DNA from: a virus
Taxonomy: Duplodnaviria > Caudoviricetes
Strand: one strand, 5' to 3'
IMG/VR virus record: IMGVR_UViG_3300032008_000011
Location: 1-41,146 of that record
DNA length: 41,146 nucleotides
The position numbers and the translations under genes are program-made. Under the pieces are notes generated by a model. That model did not search any database. It saw nothing but the letters and a program-made list of their open reading frames with translations, and was not told where the DNA came from. How positions within the stretch are numbered: position 1 is the first letter of the stretch; every line of letters starts with the position of its first letter. This document shows, one piece after another, positions 1-10,308 of this stretch.

Positions 1-2511
1 CTTTGGTCCACCGAATAGAATTTTTTGATACATTGTAGCTTGAGCCGTTCCAGACGGATTGCCATACTTCTTGATGTTATCTCCGTATTCCCTAAGATTG
101 GTGGCGATATCATTCATAGTCTGGCGATGACCGCGATCAAGCATCACAGCCTTAGCCTGGTCCGAATAGCTTTCCCAATTCTTGACGAATTCCGTTGGAT
201 TGAACGCCTCTCCCTCGCCACCCATGCGACGCAGCCATGAAGCCGTGAATTCCTTCCGATTGGCATCTGTCATACGACCCCAGGTTCTGGCAAAATTCTT
301 CGGATCGTTTTTTGCAAATTGATCAACGGCACCATAAATCTGTTCTTCGCCGCGATTATAGCCAAGCACCTTTTTCGCTAGCGTCTCGGCCTTGCCTGGC
401 AATGGTAGCGGCTCAGCCTTGAACTTGATCGGCTTTGGCTTGTTTTCTTTGGCAATATCTGCTGATCGCTTGAGTGCAACCTCTGCCTGCTGCCTGATGC
501 TGCCATGCTGGTGCATCTGATCGAGTTCGGCTGGCGTGAATAATTCACGTCCAATTGGAGAAACGCGCAAATCTGCAATTTTATTGGCAACGGCTTGCGA
601 AGTTCCAGTATTTGTTTCTCGCCAAATAGCACCACGCAATCGATCTCTAACCGCACCTGGATTTCTGACTGCTCCTGAAATACTTTGCAGGAGTTCATGT
701 GAAACTTCGTGATTAGTCATCTTCCCGGCGATATTTGTCGGACCTGCATTTCCAGTCGCCATTTGGTTTAGTTCGCTTGCGGCTTGGCGACGCGTTCCAC
801 TCGGGAAATTCTCGTAATTATACCCAAACCGTTCCTTGAAGGCTCGATGCCCCGCAACGGCATCACGAATCGTCTGATTGGCATTAGGATCTCCGCCAGG
901 AAGCAAATGATTATCGAAGGCATCGGCTATCTTCTGCTCGAATAGATGTTTGACAGCATTCGATGCTCGCATGTCTTCTGGCGTCTGGGCGTTATAGGCC
1001 ATATCACCGATGCGCTTGCGCAGAGCATCCCAGCCTTGAGCAGTGATATGCGTGTCTCCTGGAGCGGGAGCATGAGCGCCCATCAGGCGAAAGTCTGGAG
1101 GTGTACCTGGAATTTCTGGTGTCCCTGGCGTTCCTCCAGCCGCTCGAATAGCTTCATCTGGAACATTTCCAACACCATATTCACGTTCCAGAGCCGACAT
1201 GACACGAGGATGAATATTAGTTGGTGGAGTTGCTGGTGTTTCGGCTCCAGGTGTCAGCCTTTCGACTTCCTGCATCATACGTCGAGCATTTGGTGTCGTT
1301 TCTGCGCTTATCGTCACTCCTCGTCTGGCCAATCCCTGATCGATATCGCCATGCAGATTATCCAGCGCTCGCTGACTGGTCGGTGCATTGAGATTGCGAA
1401 CCTGTTCCCAATTAGCCTGATCGGCTGCACGTGCCTCGTTATGTGCCTGCTGAACCTCGTTAATCGTTCGATCGGCCATTTCTGTCGGATGGACGTTACC
1501 AAAAACACGTTCAGCATTTTGATGCGATTGGACTTCAACATCCCTTATTGCGGCTTCACGTTCTTGATTATCGCGTTCCCAATTAGCCTTCTCAGCCTCA
1601 TTTCGCTGCTTGATCGCAGCTTTTGCAACCTTGTCGCTTGCCGTTTTTTTGGCCGCGGCCTGTGCCGCCTCTGCTCGTCCAGCCTCGCCAAGTGTCTGCT
1701 GAATACCACCACCGACAATGTTGACGGGTTGCTTGGGCCCAAATCCGGACGCCATTTCCTCAACCTTGCCGGCCATCTGTGATGGAACGGCCTGGACAGC
1801 TTCCCGAACCGGCGTGCCGATCCAGGGAAGCTTGGCAACAACTTGCGACATGATCCTGGCAGGCGCGCTCTCGCTGGTAATCGCACGAGGAATAGGAAGA
1901 CCTAATCGTTGTGCAGCTTCCGCAGCTTCACTTCTTGGTGTCGGGATTGGCGGAGGCATTACCGGCGGAACTGGTGGAGGCGTTCTTGGAATCCCTGCAA
2001 TATCTCTAGCTATTCCAGCACCACCCCTTGCAAGTCCGGCCCCTCCTTCAGCAAGCGACCATGCATCCATCAGGAACCTGGCCGGCTCCGTGGCCATGGT
2101 GTGCTTGATGTTTTCCATGCTGCCGTAATGTTCTTTGAGATCCCTCCAGACTGACATTGGAATTGTCTTGAGAATGCTGGGATCATTCTCGATAGCCTTA
2201 CCTGCATCAATCGCCATCGCAGTAGGTGCTAGCGGACCCCATTTGGCGACATAAGGAGCAATCGTCTTTGCCGTGCCATAAGCTTGCTGAGCCATGCCAG
2301 ATATCTGATAACCGACATCGGGCAAGAAATGCGTGGCTGCTGAAACTGGAATATCTGACCAATTTGTCTTTTTACTTTGATAGAGCTTATCCAGGTCCTC
2401 ATCAGAAAGTTTTGATAGGTCGGCTCCTGAACTTGGAGATGGCGATTCCCCTTTCTTTTGCTGATAAAGTTGATCCAGCTGTTCGTTTGTCAGATTAGAA
2501 AGATCAACCAT
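1..2511 (-). CDS. Large internal virion (DNA ejection) protein, 3' end outside window (>837 aa)
   Basis: Not in ORF track. ATG at 2511 directly follows the TAG of 2512..3717. Translated by hand as an open frame to base 1 (MVDLSNLTNEQLDQLYQ...ADLSKLSDEDLDKLYQ...YQKILFGGPK). Ala/Gln-rich and last in the ejection cluster, like P22 gp16. Confidence 0.75.
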   Translation of the reverse strand, partial: MVDLSNLTNEQLDQLYQQKKGESPSPSSGADLSKLSDEDLDKLYQSKKTNWSDIPVSAATHFLPDVGYQISGMAQQAYGTAKTIAPYVAKWGPLAPTAMAIDAGKAIENDPSILKTIPMSVWRDLKEHYGSMENIKHTMATEPARFLMDAWSLAEGGAGLARGGAGIARDIAGIPRTPPPVPPVMPPPIPTPRSEAAEAAQRLGLPIPRAITSESAPARIMSQVVAKLPWIGTPVREAVQAVPSQMAGKVEEMASGFGPKQPVNIVGGGIQQTLGEAGRAEAAQAAAKKTASDKVAKAAIKQRNEAEKANWERDNQEREAAIRDVEVQSHQNAERVFGNVHPTEMADRTINEVQQAHNEARAADQANWEQVRNLNAPTSQRALDNLHGDIDQGLARRGVTISAETTPNARRMMQEVERLTPGAETPATPPTNIHPRVMSALEREYGVGNVPDEAIRAAGGTPGTPEIPGTPPDFRLMGAHAPAPGDTHITAQGWDALRKRIGDMAYNAQTPEDMRASNAVKHLFEQKIADAFDNHLLPGGDPNANQTIRDAVAGHRAFKERFGYNYENFPSGTRRQAASELNQMATGNAGPTNIAGKMTNHEVSHELLQSISGAVRNPGAVRDRLRGAIWRETNTGTSQAVANKIADLRVSPIGRELFTPAELDQMHQHGSIRQQAEVALKRSADIAKENKPKPIKFKAEPLPLPGKAETLAKKVLGYNRGEEQIYGAVDQFAKNDPKNFARTWGRMTDANRKEFTASWLRRMGGEGEAFNPTEFVKNWESYSDQAKAVMLDRGHRQTMNDIATNLREYGDNIKKYGNPSGTAQATMYQKILFGGPK

Positions 2512-3717
2512 CTATTTGGCTGCCTTCAACCTACGAGCTTTTTCACGCATGATATCTGCCAGAGAAGCATCTTGCGGAGATGTAGCAGCTGGAGGTGGCG
2601 TTGTTCCTGCCGGTGCTGGTGGCGTCACCTCAGTCGGAATCTCAGGTGCAACATAGCCCTTCTTGTAGTAGGCACCGCTTCGCATATCTTCCGCAGTCTT
2701 CTTGGCGACGAACAAATTTTCCTTAGCGAGATCTCGACCTCGTTTAATGATGTTCTGCTGTGTCCGTAAATCAGCACCAACAGCAGCTTGTGCTTCCAGC
2801 ATCCACTGATCTTCTCGATCGGAAGGACGCCCGCCAAATGACTCTTTCACATGAGTCATCATCTCTCGCAAAGCTTCATTTCTCATTTCCAGGGTAGCGG
2901 AGGCTGCTTCTTTTCCAGGCGTTCCTTCTGGAGCATGCTGGAGAATATCCGCAAGATGCTCGCTGCCCCATTTCCCCATATGGAAAGATTTCTTCACCAA
3001 CTCATCCATATGATTGGCTGAATTGATAGCTCGCTGCGCAGCAAGTTTAGCATCTTCCTGTTTTTGAACGGCATCGGATCTGGTTTTCGACAGTTCGGCC
3101 TTTTGCTCAAGAACTTCGGTTGGAGGAACCAGTCTTGTACCAGGTGGCGGCTTTGCCTCGATAAGATTTCCTCTCTTGTCCCGTTCATAAGCGACATCCT
3201 CTTCCTCACCGGTATCAGGATTTGTCTTCTTCGCCCATGTCAATTGACCCAAGCCAACATTTGGCTTTACACCAGGATAATCACCACCTTGGATATATCC
3301 CTGTACCTCCGGATCACTCATATCGAGATTGTTCGCCTTGGCTACGCCTAATCGATATTCAGGCGATGCCCGTCTGGCATCTTCCGCAGCCCTGGCTTCC
3401 TGAGCCTGTGCAATCTTGTTTCGAGTTTCGAATTCCCTGACACTTTCAGCCTGGCGCTGCTCAATATCCTTCTGTGCCGTGATCTGCTGCATCAAATGCA
3501 GACCTTGCGCAGCTATATCCGGATTGCCGGACCTGATCATCAGCATGGCGTTCTGTGTCGGATCCTGGCCGAGTTGTCCCAATGTAGACAGCATCCGATT
3601 CCTGTCCTGTGTCGCAGCATAGATATCGCCAAGCTTGGCCAGCGGTGTGAAATCAGCACCTCCTGAATAGGCTTGAACGTTACCGAAATTCGGAACTTCA
3701 AGGGGATTGATTGGCAT
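2512..3717 (-). CDS. Internal virion / DNA ejection protein (P22 gp20-like position)
   Basis: 401 aa, helical and Gln/Ala-rich; abuts neighbours in the ejection cluster. Confidence 0.65.
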   Translation of the reverse strand: MPINPLEVPNFGNVQAYSGGADFTPLAKLGDIYAATQDRNRMLSTLGQLGQDPTQNAMLMIRSGNPDIAAQGLHLMQQITAQKDIEQRQAESVREFETRNKIAQAQEARAAEDARRASPEYRLGVAKANNLDMSDPEVQGYIQGGDYPGVKPNVGLGQLTWAKKTNPDTGEEEDVAYERDKRGNLIEAKPPPGTRLVPPTEVLEQKAELSKTRSDAVQKQEDAKLAAQRAINSANHMDELVKKSFHMGKWGSEHLADILQHAPEGTPGKEAASATLEMRNEALREMMTHVKESFGGRPSDREDQWMLEAQAAVGADLRTQQNIIKRGRDLAKENLFVAKKTAEDMRSGAYYKKGYVAPEIPTEVTPPAPAGTTPPPAATSPQDASLADIMREKARRLKAAK

Positions 3718-4425
3718 CTATTCCATCTCCCCTGCATACTGCCTGTCGTAAAACTTCTTTCTGCGATTGAATTCTCGCTCCCAACCAGCCTGGAATGTTT
3801 CCGGCGTCTGCGGACCACTCATGCCGGGATAAGGATTGCCGGCTATGTTGGTCATGGTGCCGTTCTTGTAGAAACCAAATCCTTGCTGATGCATCATGTA
3901 GGTCTCGATTGGCGTCGGAGCACGACCAAAAGCAGCTTTGAACTTGGCATTATTCTCGGCGGCTAATGCAGCAGCAGCAGTAGCATTACTACCAGCATCA
4001 TAAATATTGCCGCCGCCACCATGACTTTTCCATTCATCAGATCCAATTTGGAATAATCCCTTGTACTGCGTTGACTTGTCATAATTACTGTTTGGATTAT
4101 GACTGCTTTCAATCGACGCAATTGCCGCCCATGACGCAGGATCCATGCCGGCATTACCTGCCGTCCTGGCAATCGCCCGGCTGACATCTTCACTGGATTG
4201 AGGAGCAGAAAATGCTCCCGGCGGACCATAGGCAGAAGTCGTTCTTGCCAAGGGATCAGTTACATCTGAACCTGTCGTATCTGGTTGCCCATATTGCTGT
4301 CCGAGATTGGCAAGCATTTTTTGCTGCTGCTGTTGCTGCATTTGCTTGCCGAGATTGGCCAATGGCGTGAAATCAAACGAGCTATAGGCTTCTGGCGTTT
4401 CGAATTTAAGCGGGTTGATGGCCAT
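3718..4425 (-). CDS. Virion protein with lytic transglycosylase (SLT-like) domain
   Basis: AAIASIESSHNP (catalytic Glu motif), YKGLFQ and YMMHQQG motifs; lies among ejection genes. Confidence 0.8.
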   Translation of the reverse strand: MAINPLKFETPEAYSSFDFTPLANLGKQMQQQQQQKMLANLGQQYGQPDTTGSDVTDPLARTTSAYGPPGAFSAPQSSEDVSRAIARTAGNAGMDPASWAAIASIESSHNPNSNYDKSTQYKGLFQIGSDEWKSHGGGGNIYDAGSNATAAAALAAENNAKFKAAFGRAPTPIETYMMHQQGFGFYKNGTMTNIAGNPYPGMSGPQTPETFQAGWEREFNRRKKFYDRQYAGEME

Positions 4426-5252
4426 TATGCAAATGCCCTATAGGAAAGACCACCAACCGATCCATACCCGGACGTGTTGCCAGGTGAATAACCTCCGAAA
4501 GTCGCGCCTGTGCTTGGCTGACCGCCGCCGAATAAGCCACTAAGCATCGATGATCCCATACCACCCATCGCACCCCCTGCCGGCCCCAGTGCCAACGATG
4601 CCAGCGACAAGCCAGCCCCGAGCAGGTTCTTCGCCCCCGCCGCCTCGCCAGCCGCTTGCAGATTATTGGCACCGATCGTCGCTCCCTCAACATTGCCATA
4701 GACGTTGGCCTGGTTCTGGGCATAGTCGCTGGCAAGCTTAGCAAGATCTCCATAACCAGCTCCAGCACCAGCAGCACCTAGTTGAGATGCCTGCATTCCC
4801 AATGTACCAGTAGCCAATAAATTCTTGAGCCAATTTCCATAATCCTGGCTGGCATAGCCAACCGCATTTTTCTGCTCGGCATCGACCAAATTGCCGCTTC
4901 GTGTCATGCCACCAGCAGCAGCAGCCCGCTCAGCCGCCTGTTGCGCCTGATCTAATGAAAATTGATATTCAGGACTAGCAGTATAAGCAGATCTTGCCGC
5001 TGCAACCTGATCAGGACTCCCTACACCAAGAGCTCCGGCAATCGTCGGAGCAACAGCCCCATAAGTTTTTCCCATTTCAGTCAATGGTGCATAACCACCA
5101 ATTGCCTGATTGATCGCAGCCGTGCCAGTGTCATATCCGGTCTTGAGAACAGGAAATGCCTGCGTCGAATATTGATTTGCAGCCGCGACATCCTTTTGAG
5201 CAGCCTCCTTCTCGGAACCGCCACCAAACATCGTATCCCACCAGCCAGCCAT
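4425..5252 (-). CDS. DNA transfer / ejection protein (P22 gp7-like)
   Basis: Gly/Ala-rich with SPEYQF...AAAAGGMTRSGN motif; first gene of the ejection cluster. Confidence 0.7.
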   Translation of the reverse strand: MAGWWDTMFGGGSEKEAAQKDVAAANQYSTQAFPVLKTGYDTGTAAINQAIGGYAPLTEMGKTYGAVAPTIAGALGVGSPDQVAAARSAYTASPEYQFSLDQAQQAAERAAAAGGMTRSGNLVDAEQKNAVGYASQDYGNWLKNLLATGTLGMQASQLGAAGAGAGYGDLAKLASDYAQNQANVYGNVEGATIGANNLQAAGEAAGAKNLLGAGLSLASLALGPAGGAMGGMGSSMLSGLFGGGQPSTGATFGGYSPGNTSGYGSVGGLSYRAFA

Positions 5253-5276
5253 AACTATACCCTCTATGGAAGCATT

Positions 5277-5438
5277 TTATAAATCTGCGATTTCTGTGTT
5301 GGAGCCCCACGGGACCTTGTAGGTCTTACGAAAGAGGCGTCCCGTTGACTGATTGGTCTCCTGCCGTTCCCACTTCGTTGGCTGCCCGTACTGAGTCGCG
5401 TGAATGTAATGCTTTGCTGTTACTTTCCATCTTGCCAT
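5277..5438 (-). CDS. Small hypothetical protein (MARWKVTAKHY..., 53 aa), possibly truncated
   Basis: AGGAGG RBS upstream of ATG 5438; overlaps the 3' end of 5326..5565. Confidence 0.45.
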   Translation of the reverse strand: MARWKVTAKHYIHATQYGQPTKWERQETNQSTGRLFRKTYKVPWGSNTEIADL

Positions 5439-5565
5439 TGTTGGCCTCCTGTTGATTGCACTGAGCGACCACCTTGGAGATGATCGGGGCGATTTGCGCA
5501 TAGGGCGCTAGAGCGGCGGCGTTCAGCAACCGATTCCATTCTTCTACGGTGAGGTCGACGATCAT
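5326..5565 (-). CDS. Hypothetical protein
   Basis: ATGA overlap with the upstream gene; N-terminal LTVEEWNRLLNAAALAPY. Confidence 0.55.
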   Translation of the reverse strand: MIVDLTVEEWNRLLNAAALAPYAQIAPIISKVVAQCNQQEANNGKMESNSKALHSRDSVRAANEVGTAGDQSVNGTPLS

Positions 5566-5825
5566 GGGATTACCTTGAAGAGTTCGGATTTCTGCGGGGG
5601 CGATCCGGAGTCGTAGGCGAAGAGGATTTGCACAAGGGCGTTCTGGGCATTGGTAACATCCTGCGCCACGATGTCCTTGCGAGCGTTGGGGGCGTTGAAG
5701 TAATCGGTGATAAGTGTCGGGTCCTCTGTGATACGGGCGTTCTGGGTGCGCAGGTCTTCGATGACTTTCACGAAGTTTTGGATTTGGGCAGTGTAGTAGT
5801 TGATGAAGACTACTGGGTCTGACAT
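5562..5825 (-). CDS. Hypothetical protein, possibly fibre-associated
   Basis: 87 aa; TAATG-coupled to the fibre gene. Confidence 0.6.
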   Translation of the reverse strand: MSDPVVFINYYTAQIQNFVKVIEDLRTQNARITEDPTLITDYFNAPNARKDIVAQDVTNAQNALVQILFAYDSGSPPQKSELFKVIP

Positions 5826-7744
5826 TACCCTATTCTCCAGTTGGTGCCGTCATCATAGACGGGGACTTTGTTAGCGCCGGTTCCGGCGACGATTGATGCA
5901 AAGGTGGTGGCAGTGGCATCGGTGACGAAGTAGCGCCTGCCTGCGATGCCCGCGGCTGGCAGAGACGCGACTGCAACTGGCGTTATCATAAAAGGAACAG
6001 CAAAGGTCCAAGTGCTACCGTGGGTGAAGTTGTAATCTAGCAGCAAATTGCCGTTGCCGTCGCTAAGTGCTACCACGTTTGCCATCGCGGAAGATGGGCC
6101 GGCCCAACGACCAATTGTCGTATTGTTGCTGCCGGACGTAACGTTGATAATTGCGCCGGCACCGATAAGCGTGTTGTTGGAGCCTGAAGATATATTGGCC
6201 CCGGCAGCGTTGCCAATCCCGGTGTTGTTATCATTGGTGGTAGAAAACAACGAACTTGTGCCGATAGCAACGTTTCCTTGGCCGGAGACGTTTTGAAACA
6301 AACATTGGGTGCCAATACCAACATTACCAGTTCCACTGGTCTGCCCTTGTAATGATCTTTGGCCAATGCCAACATTGCCATTACCAGTAACAAGGTTGAT
6401 TAGTGAACTCTCACCAAATCCGAAATTGTTGTTACCTGAAACATTATTTTGCAGGGCGTTGCTACCTATCGATGTATTGCCACTGCCGGTAGTAAGGTTA
6501 ACGCTGCTTCCCGCTCCGATTGAAACATTGTTGATCCCGCTGGTAAGGCTGGCAAGAGCTGATGTTCCCGTGCCAAAGTTACCAGAGCCGGTAACGGTGA
6601 AGTTCCCAGCACTACCTTCGAACCAGTTGTCAGAAGTAGCGTTTGGAACGCGGTAGATAGCTAACTGACCGCCGCTGTAGTAGCGAATGTCGCGGAGAAC
6701 ACCAGTGCCACCTTTCTGGGTGGCAATGACAAAGACGTTGCTGGTGACGTTCCAGTCAAGAACGGCACGTTCATAATCAACCGGAGGATAGTTGCCGTCA
6801 GATTTATTGTAGATATGAAAACCTACCGGGACTGCATTATACCAATCCATAATTGAAAACGTCTCTGATTTAGTTAGATTCCAATCAATTGTTGGATTCG
6901 TACCGACCGAAAACACCATTGTATTATTCACTATCGAGGATGGACCTTGCCAAAGCCCCAAAAAAAGATTGTTGGAAGAAGTACCGCTTAAAGACGATCC
7001 AGCACCGTGACCAATCCCAACGTTGTTGTCGCCATTCACGATTGACGTCAATGAACCGGGACCGACAGCCGTATTACCGCCTCCTGTTGTCAGTCCAATC
7101 AAAGACTGATAACCGATCGCCATATTTGAACTTGCAGATGTACCTGCCTGCAACGCCCGTCCCCCAAGTGCAACATTGGCACTCCCCGTATTAAGAGACG
7201 AAGCAGCCTGGGAACCAATGCCAATATTGATGTTGCCAGTCAGGGTAAAATTGCCCGCATTACCAACAAACACATTACTGGAAGACGAACTCGAACTGCC
7301 GTACAAAAACGGCTCTCCATAAAGATTAAGCGATAAATTGGTATCGTCCCAAAAGAAGTTGGAATTATCTTCTGCCAGTACAGCACCGGAACCAACGAAT
7401 AAAATACTTCCAAGTGTCGCACCGGTAATTGAACCACCGATCGCCATTCCGCCACCGCCCGCAGGCGTAGCCCATGTCCCGTCTCCTCGCCAGAATGTCA
7501 ATGAGCTGGCTCCCGTGCCGGAGTTGAGCTTGTTAACCGGAAGATTGTTAGCGTAAGATGTCGCAATAGTACCCGTACCAGAACCGGTCACAGCTCCTGT
7601 TAGTGTTACAAATCCGCTGCCACCTCCTCCTCCAGAATTGGCCAAATCGACAAGGGCTCTCAATTTCTCGTACCAAACCGGTTCGATCTCGCCTGTAGGA
7701 ACCTGAATTGAAACTTGCTGAGCAGGAAGAACGATTTTATTCAT
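5825..7744 (-). CDS. Tail fibre/needle-like protein with two blocks of ~17-aa N-x-[AG]-[IVL]-G beta-repeats
   Basis: Repeats such as NIGIGSQAASSLNTGSA / NVALGGRALQAGTSASS; directly after the gp10-like gene. Confidence 0.75.
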   Translation of the reverse strand: MNKIVLPAQQVSIQVPTGEIEPVWYEKLRALVDLANSGGGGGSGFVTLTGAVTGSGTGTIATSYANNLPVNKLNSGTGASSLTFWRGDGTWATPAGGGGMAIGGSITGATLGSILFVGSGAVLAEDNSNFFWDDTNLSLNLYGEPFLYGSSSSSSSNVFVGNAGNFTLTGNINIGIGSQAASSLNTGSANVALGGRALQAGTSASSNMAIGYQSLIGLTTGGGNTAVGPGSLTSIVNGDNNVGIGHGAGSSLSGTSSNNLFLGLWQGPSSIVNNTMVFSVGTNPTIDWNLTKSETFSIMDWYNAVPVGFHIYNKSDGNYPPVDYERAVLDWNVTSNVFVIATQKGGTGVLRDIRYYSGGQLAIYRVPNATSDNWFEGSAGNFTVTGSGNFGTGTSALASLTSGINNVSIGAGSSVNLTTGSGNTSIGSNALQNNVSGNNNFGFGESSLINLVTGNGNVGIGQRSLQGQTSGTGNVGIGTQCLFQNVSGQGNVAIGTSSLFSTTNDNNTGIGNAAGANISSGSNNTLIGAGAIINVTSGSNNTTIGRWAGPSSAMANVVALSDGNGNLLLDYNFTHGSTWTFAVPFMITPVAVASLPAAGIAGRRYFVTDATATTFASIVAGTGANKVPVYDDGTNWRIG

Positions 7745-9165
7745 CGTAACTTGTCCGCCTGCATATCCGCGCCCATGAAGCCAAAATTGATCCCGGCACT
7801 TTCATCGAATCGCCAGCGCACACCCTCGATATTGGCCGATCCCCAGATCGCGCCACGAACCCGCTGTCCCATCATCGATTGTCGGCCGATTTCCAGAGTA
7901 CGAGGAACAGACCAGTCCTGGCCAGAATTGCGAGATACCGAAATCTCGATCTTGGCATTGGTCTCCTGCGGATCGTCTCCCAATGCATCGCTGGCGCCTT
8001 TTGTCAGATAGACCTCGATAGCATTAATCCGAACCATGGACGGAAATCCGCCAAGCGGTCCTGTCTCGATCCGCATGCGCAAAGGATCTCCGACCTCTTT
8101 GCGATATGACCCGGAAATCTCGAGCAAGCTAGATGTCTTGACATCCCCGCAAAGCCAGGTATCAAACACGTTGATCGGCTGATACCCGCGCCAGTAGGTC
8201 TGCAAATAAGATTCTCTTTCATGCCAGGATTGCAGCGTCGTATCGTACTCCCAGCACCATGTCGGTGATTGAACCACCACCATGCCATGACCACGACTGA
8301 CATAAACACCAACGATGATTTTGGTCTTGTCAGGTTCGTTCTCGATCAACTGGTCCAGATCCGGCGTCGAAATCGGGGTTGGCGTGTAAGTCGTCAGCGT
8401 AGAGACCTTGTGATCGTCACCGACGAAAAAGATGCCCTTGCCCCAGCCATCCTCTGCACCTGCAATGGCCGATGGCCCTGGAATACCGCGATAGATGGTC
8501 GAGATATAGGAAAACGGATATCCGGTCGGATTGATCGGAGCGCCCCAGACTTCCATGGTATTGGAGCCGCAAAGCAACAATTGCCCGCTCGGCATCGGTA
8601 GTGGCCGGTACAGCGTATCAGGCTTGGATTGCGCAGTTGCAAAGTTCAGAGCATTGATGTTCGTCGCATTAATATCCGACGCTCTTGTCGTCCCGTCGCC
8701 ATAAGTGAAGATGAAAAAGCCATCGAGGAAAACAACGGAATTCGGTGTCCCGACAACACCACCGGGATAGGCATTGATTGTGGTCGTACCGGCCGGAAAC
8801 GTGTAGGCACCGATGCCGGGAGATACGATCGCGATATCCGGAGTTGCGGCCTGGTTGACCGCCAGCCAGCAAAACTTGGACCCGCCAATCGATCCAGTCA
8901 GTGCCGTTCCTGCACCGGCACCTCCATAGGAATAAACCGTATCACCAAAGATCGCATAGAACGTTCCCTGGCTATAGATACCGCCGCGATACTTGCCTGA
9001 TGGAGCAGTTCCCCATATGTCTAGCCCAGGCACACGCCAATAGGCGTTCGGCATGCCTGCCGTGGCTCCCAACGGCTCCGGATAGCAATTGATCAGCCGC
9101 CCGCCAGACGCATTCATCTTCTGCCCCGGCAAGGTGATCATTGGAAAAGGAACATTGGTCATCAA
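7741..9165 (-). CDS. Packaged DNA stabilization / tail hub protein (P22 gp10-like)
   Basis: 474 aa beta-rich; RLINCYPE start, FLDGFFIF, ISVSRNSGQDWS and W-E-Y-D...W-H-E-R motifs; position. Confidence 0.8.
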   Translation of the reverse strand: MMTNVPFPMITLPGQKMNASGGRLINCYPEPLGATAGMPNAYWRVPGLDIWGTAPSGKYRGGIYSQGTFYAIFGDTVYSYGGAGAGTALTGSIGGSKFCWLAVNQAATPDIAIVSPGIGAYTFPAGTTTINAYPGGVVGTPNSVVFLDGFFIFTYGDGTTRASDINATNINALNFATAQSKPDTLYRPLPMPSGQLLLCGSNTMEVWGAPINPTGYPFSYISTIYRGIPGPSAIAGAEDGWGKGIFFVGDDHKVSTLTTYTPTPISTPDLDQLIENEPDKTKIIVGVYVSRGHGMVVVQSPTWCWEYDTTLQSWHERESYLQTYWRGYQPINVFDTWLCGDVKTSSLLEISGSYRKEVGDPLRMRIETGPLGGFPSMVRINAIEVYLTKGASDALGDDPQETNAKIEISVSRNSGQDWSVPRTLEIGRQSMMGQRVRGAIWGSANIEGVRWRFDESAGINFGFMGADMQADKLR

Positions 9166-9506
9166 AAATAAAACGGTGTGAGAGGTTCATAGGTCGGCGT
9201 CTGGGCAATCAAATAGCGAAGCCTCCCTTCCAATGGATAAATGTCATCTACATAGTTAATTGCTGCCCCAGAAAATGATGATGCCGCAAATACTGCCGTC
9301 ATTGACGCAATAACCTCGTAAACAATTGCAGGACATTCATCGCGATCGTTAATGGCAATGATCTTGCTGATTTCCGCCAGCACATTGTCATAGGCATCAG
9401 AAATTGTATCGTGCTCGACGGCGCCGAGTGCCTCACCTGGCACCCAGCGCCCGAGATCACCGGCCGCTTTGTTGATGACTTGTTCAGCCGTGTAGGTCAA
9501 AGCCAT
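9162..9506 (-). CDS. Head-tail adaptor (P22 gp4-like)
   Basis: TAEQVINKA...LG N-terminus; 114 aa; directly before the gp10-like gene. Confidence 0.65.
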   Translation of the reverse strand: MALTYTAEQVINKAAGDLGRWVPGEALGAVEHDTISDAYDNVLAEISKIIAINDRDECPAIVYEVIASMTAVFAASSFSGAAINYVDDIYPLEGRLRYLIAQTPTYEPLTPFYF

Positions 9507-9508
9507 GA

Positions 9509-9760
9509 TCAGCGGCCTTTATGCTCAACCTTAGTGTCAGCCGCCGCCTTAGCAACTGCTGCTTTCTGGAGATCAGCTTCGGAAACATCACTGTCCTTGC
9601 CGACTTCAAAATTTCGATTATTACGAAGCTTGTCGAGTGCTGCAGCACTGACAATCACCTCTTCTGCCTTGCCGTCGAAGAAGGTATGGCCAAAGGCTTC
9701 CGTCACCTTGTCATCACCCTTGACAGCATGGTAGGTCACACTGACTTTCTTCATAGACAT
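9509..9760 (-). CDS. Hypothetical virion-module protein
   Basis: 83 aa with GGAGG RBS. Confidence 0.65.
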   Translation of the reverse strand: MSMKKVSVTYHAVKGDDKVTEAFGHTFFDGKAEEVIVSAAALDKLRNNRNFEVGKDSDVSEADLQKAAVAKAAADTKVEHKGR

Positions 9761-9775
9761 TTATTCCTCCATTCA

Positions 9776-10249
9776 TTATGGGAAGGCGACAAAACCTTCG
9801 AGGAAGAAATTCGTGATCGTTGCAGAAGTTGCAGACGACGGGATAGCCGTCGATGCCGCCGGAAACGTCACAAGGATGTCCGTGTCAACTGGGAACTGAT
9901 AATAGCTTCCAGATGCCGCAAGCGATGTCACAGAGCCACCGGCCTGCCCGACAGTCGACGCACTAACCAACCGGCCAGCAGATCCGCTATCACCAACCGA
10001 GATGGTCAGTGTGGTGCCGGTATCCATGTCCGGAACCGTCATGTTGATACCAGTTGCAACGAATCCAGCCGGTACCCTGAATGCAACAACTGCGTTGCCC
10101 GCACCCGTTACATCTGTATTAAGCACCACAAGCGAGCCAGGAACATGAACGCCACCGATAAAGGCGTTCGGTCCAAGAACTTTCTTGGTACGCGCAGACG
10201 AATAGTTTCCAGCCATCGGCTGGAGCGCGATTCTACGAGTGGTCGCCAT
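9776..10249 (-). CDS. Putative capsid decoration / minor structural protein
   Basis: 157 aa, beta-rich and Thr/Ser/Ala-rich; immediately after MCP. Confidence 0.6.
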   Translation of the reverse strand: MATTRRIALQPMAGNYSSARTKKVLGPNAFIGGVHVPGSLVVLNTDVTGAGNAVVAFRVPAGFVATGINMTVPDMDTGTTLTISVGDSGSAGRLVSASTVGQAGGSVTSLAASGSYYQFPVDTDILVTFPAASTAIPSSATSATITNFFLEGFVAFP

Positions 10250-10271
10250 TGTGAGATCCTTTCTGAAATGA

Positions 10272-10298
10272 GAAAAACCCCGCCAATAAGGGCGGGGT
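10272..10298 (-). terminator. Rho-independent terminator after MCP
   Basis: Minus strand ACCCCGCC-cttatt-GGCGGGGT followed by TTTT. Confidence 0.8.
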
Positions 10299-10308
10299 GA
10301 TGATATTG

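Noticed and set aside
946-1782. 278-aa plus-strand ORF
   Set aside because: Antisense shadow of the long minus-strand ejection gene; implausible Trp/Cys-rich composition
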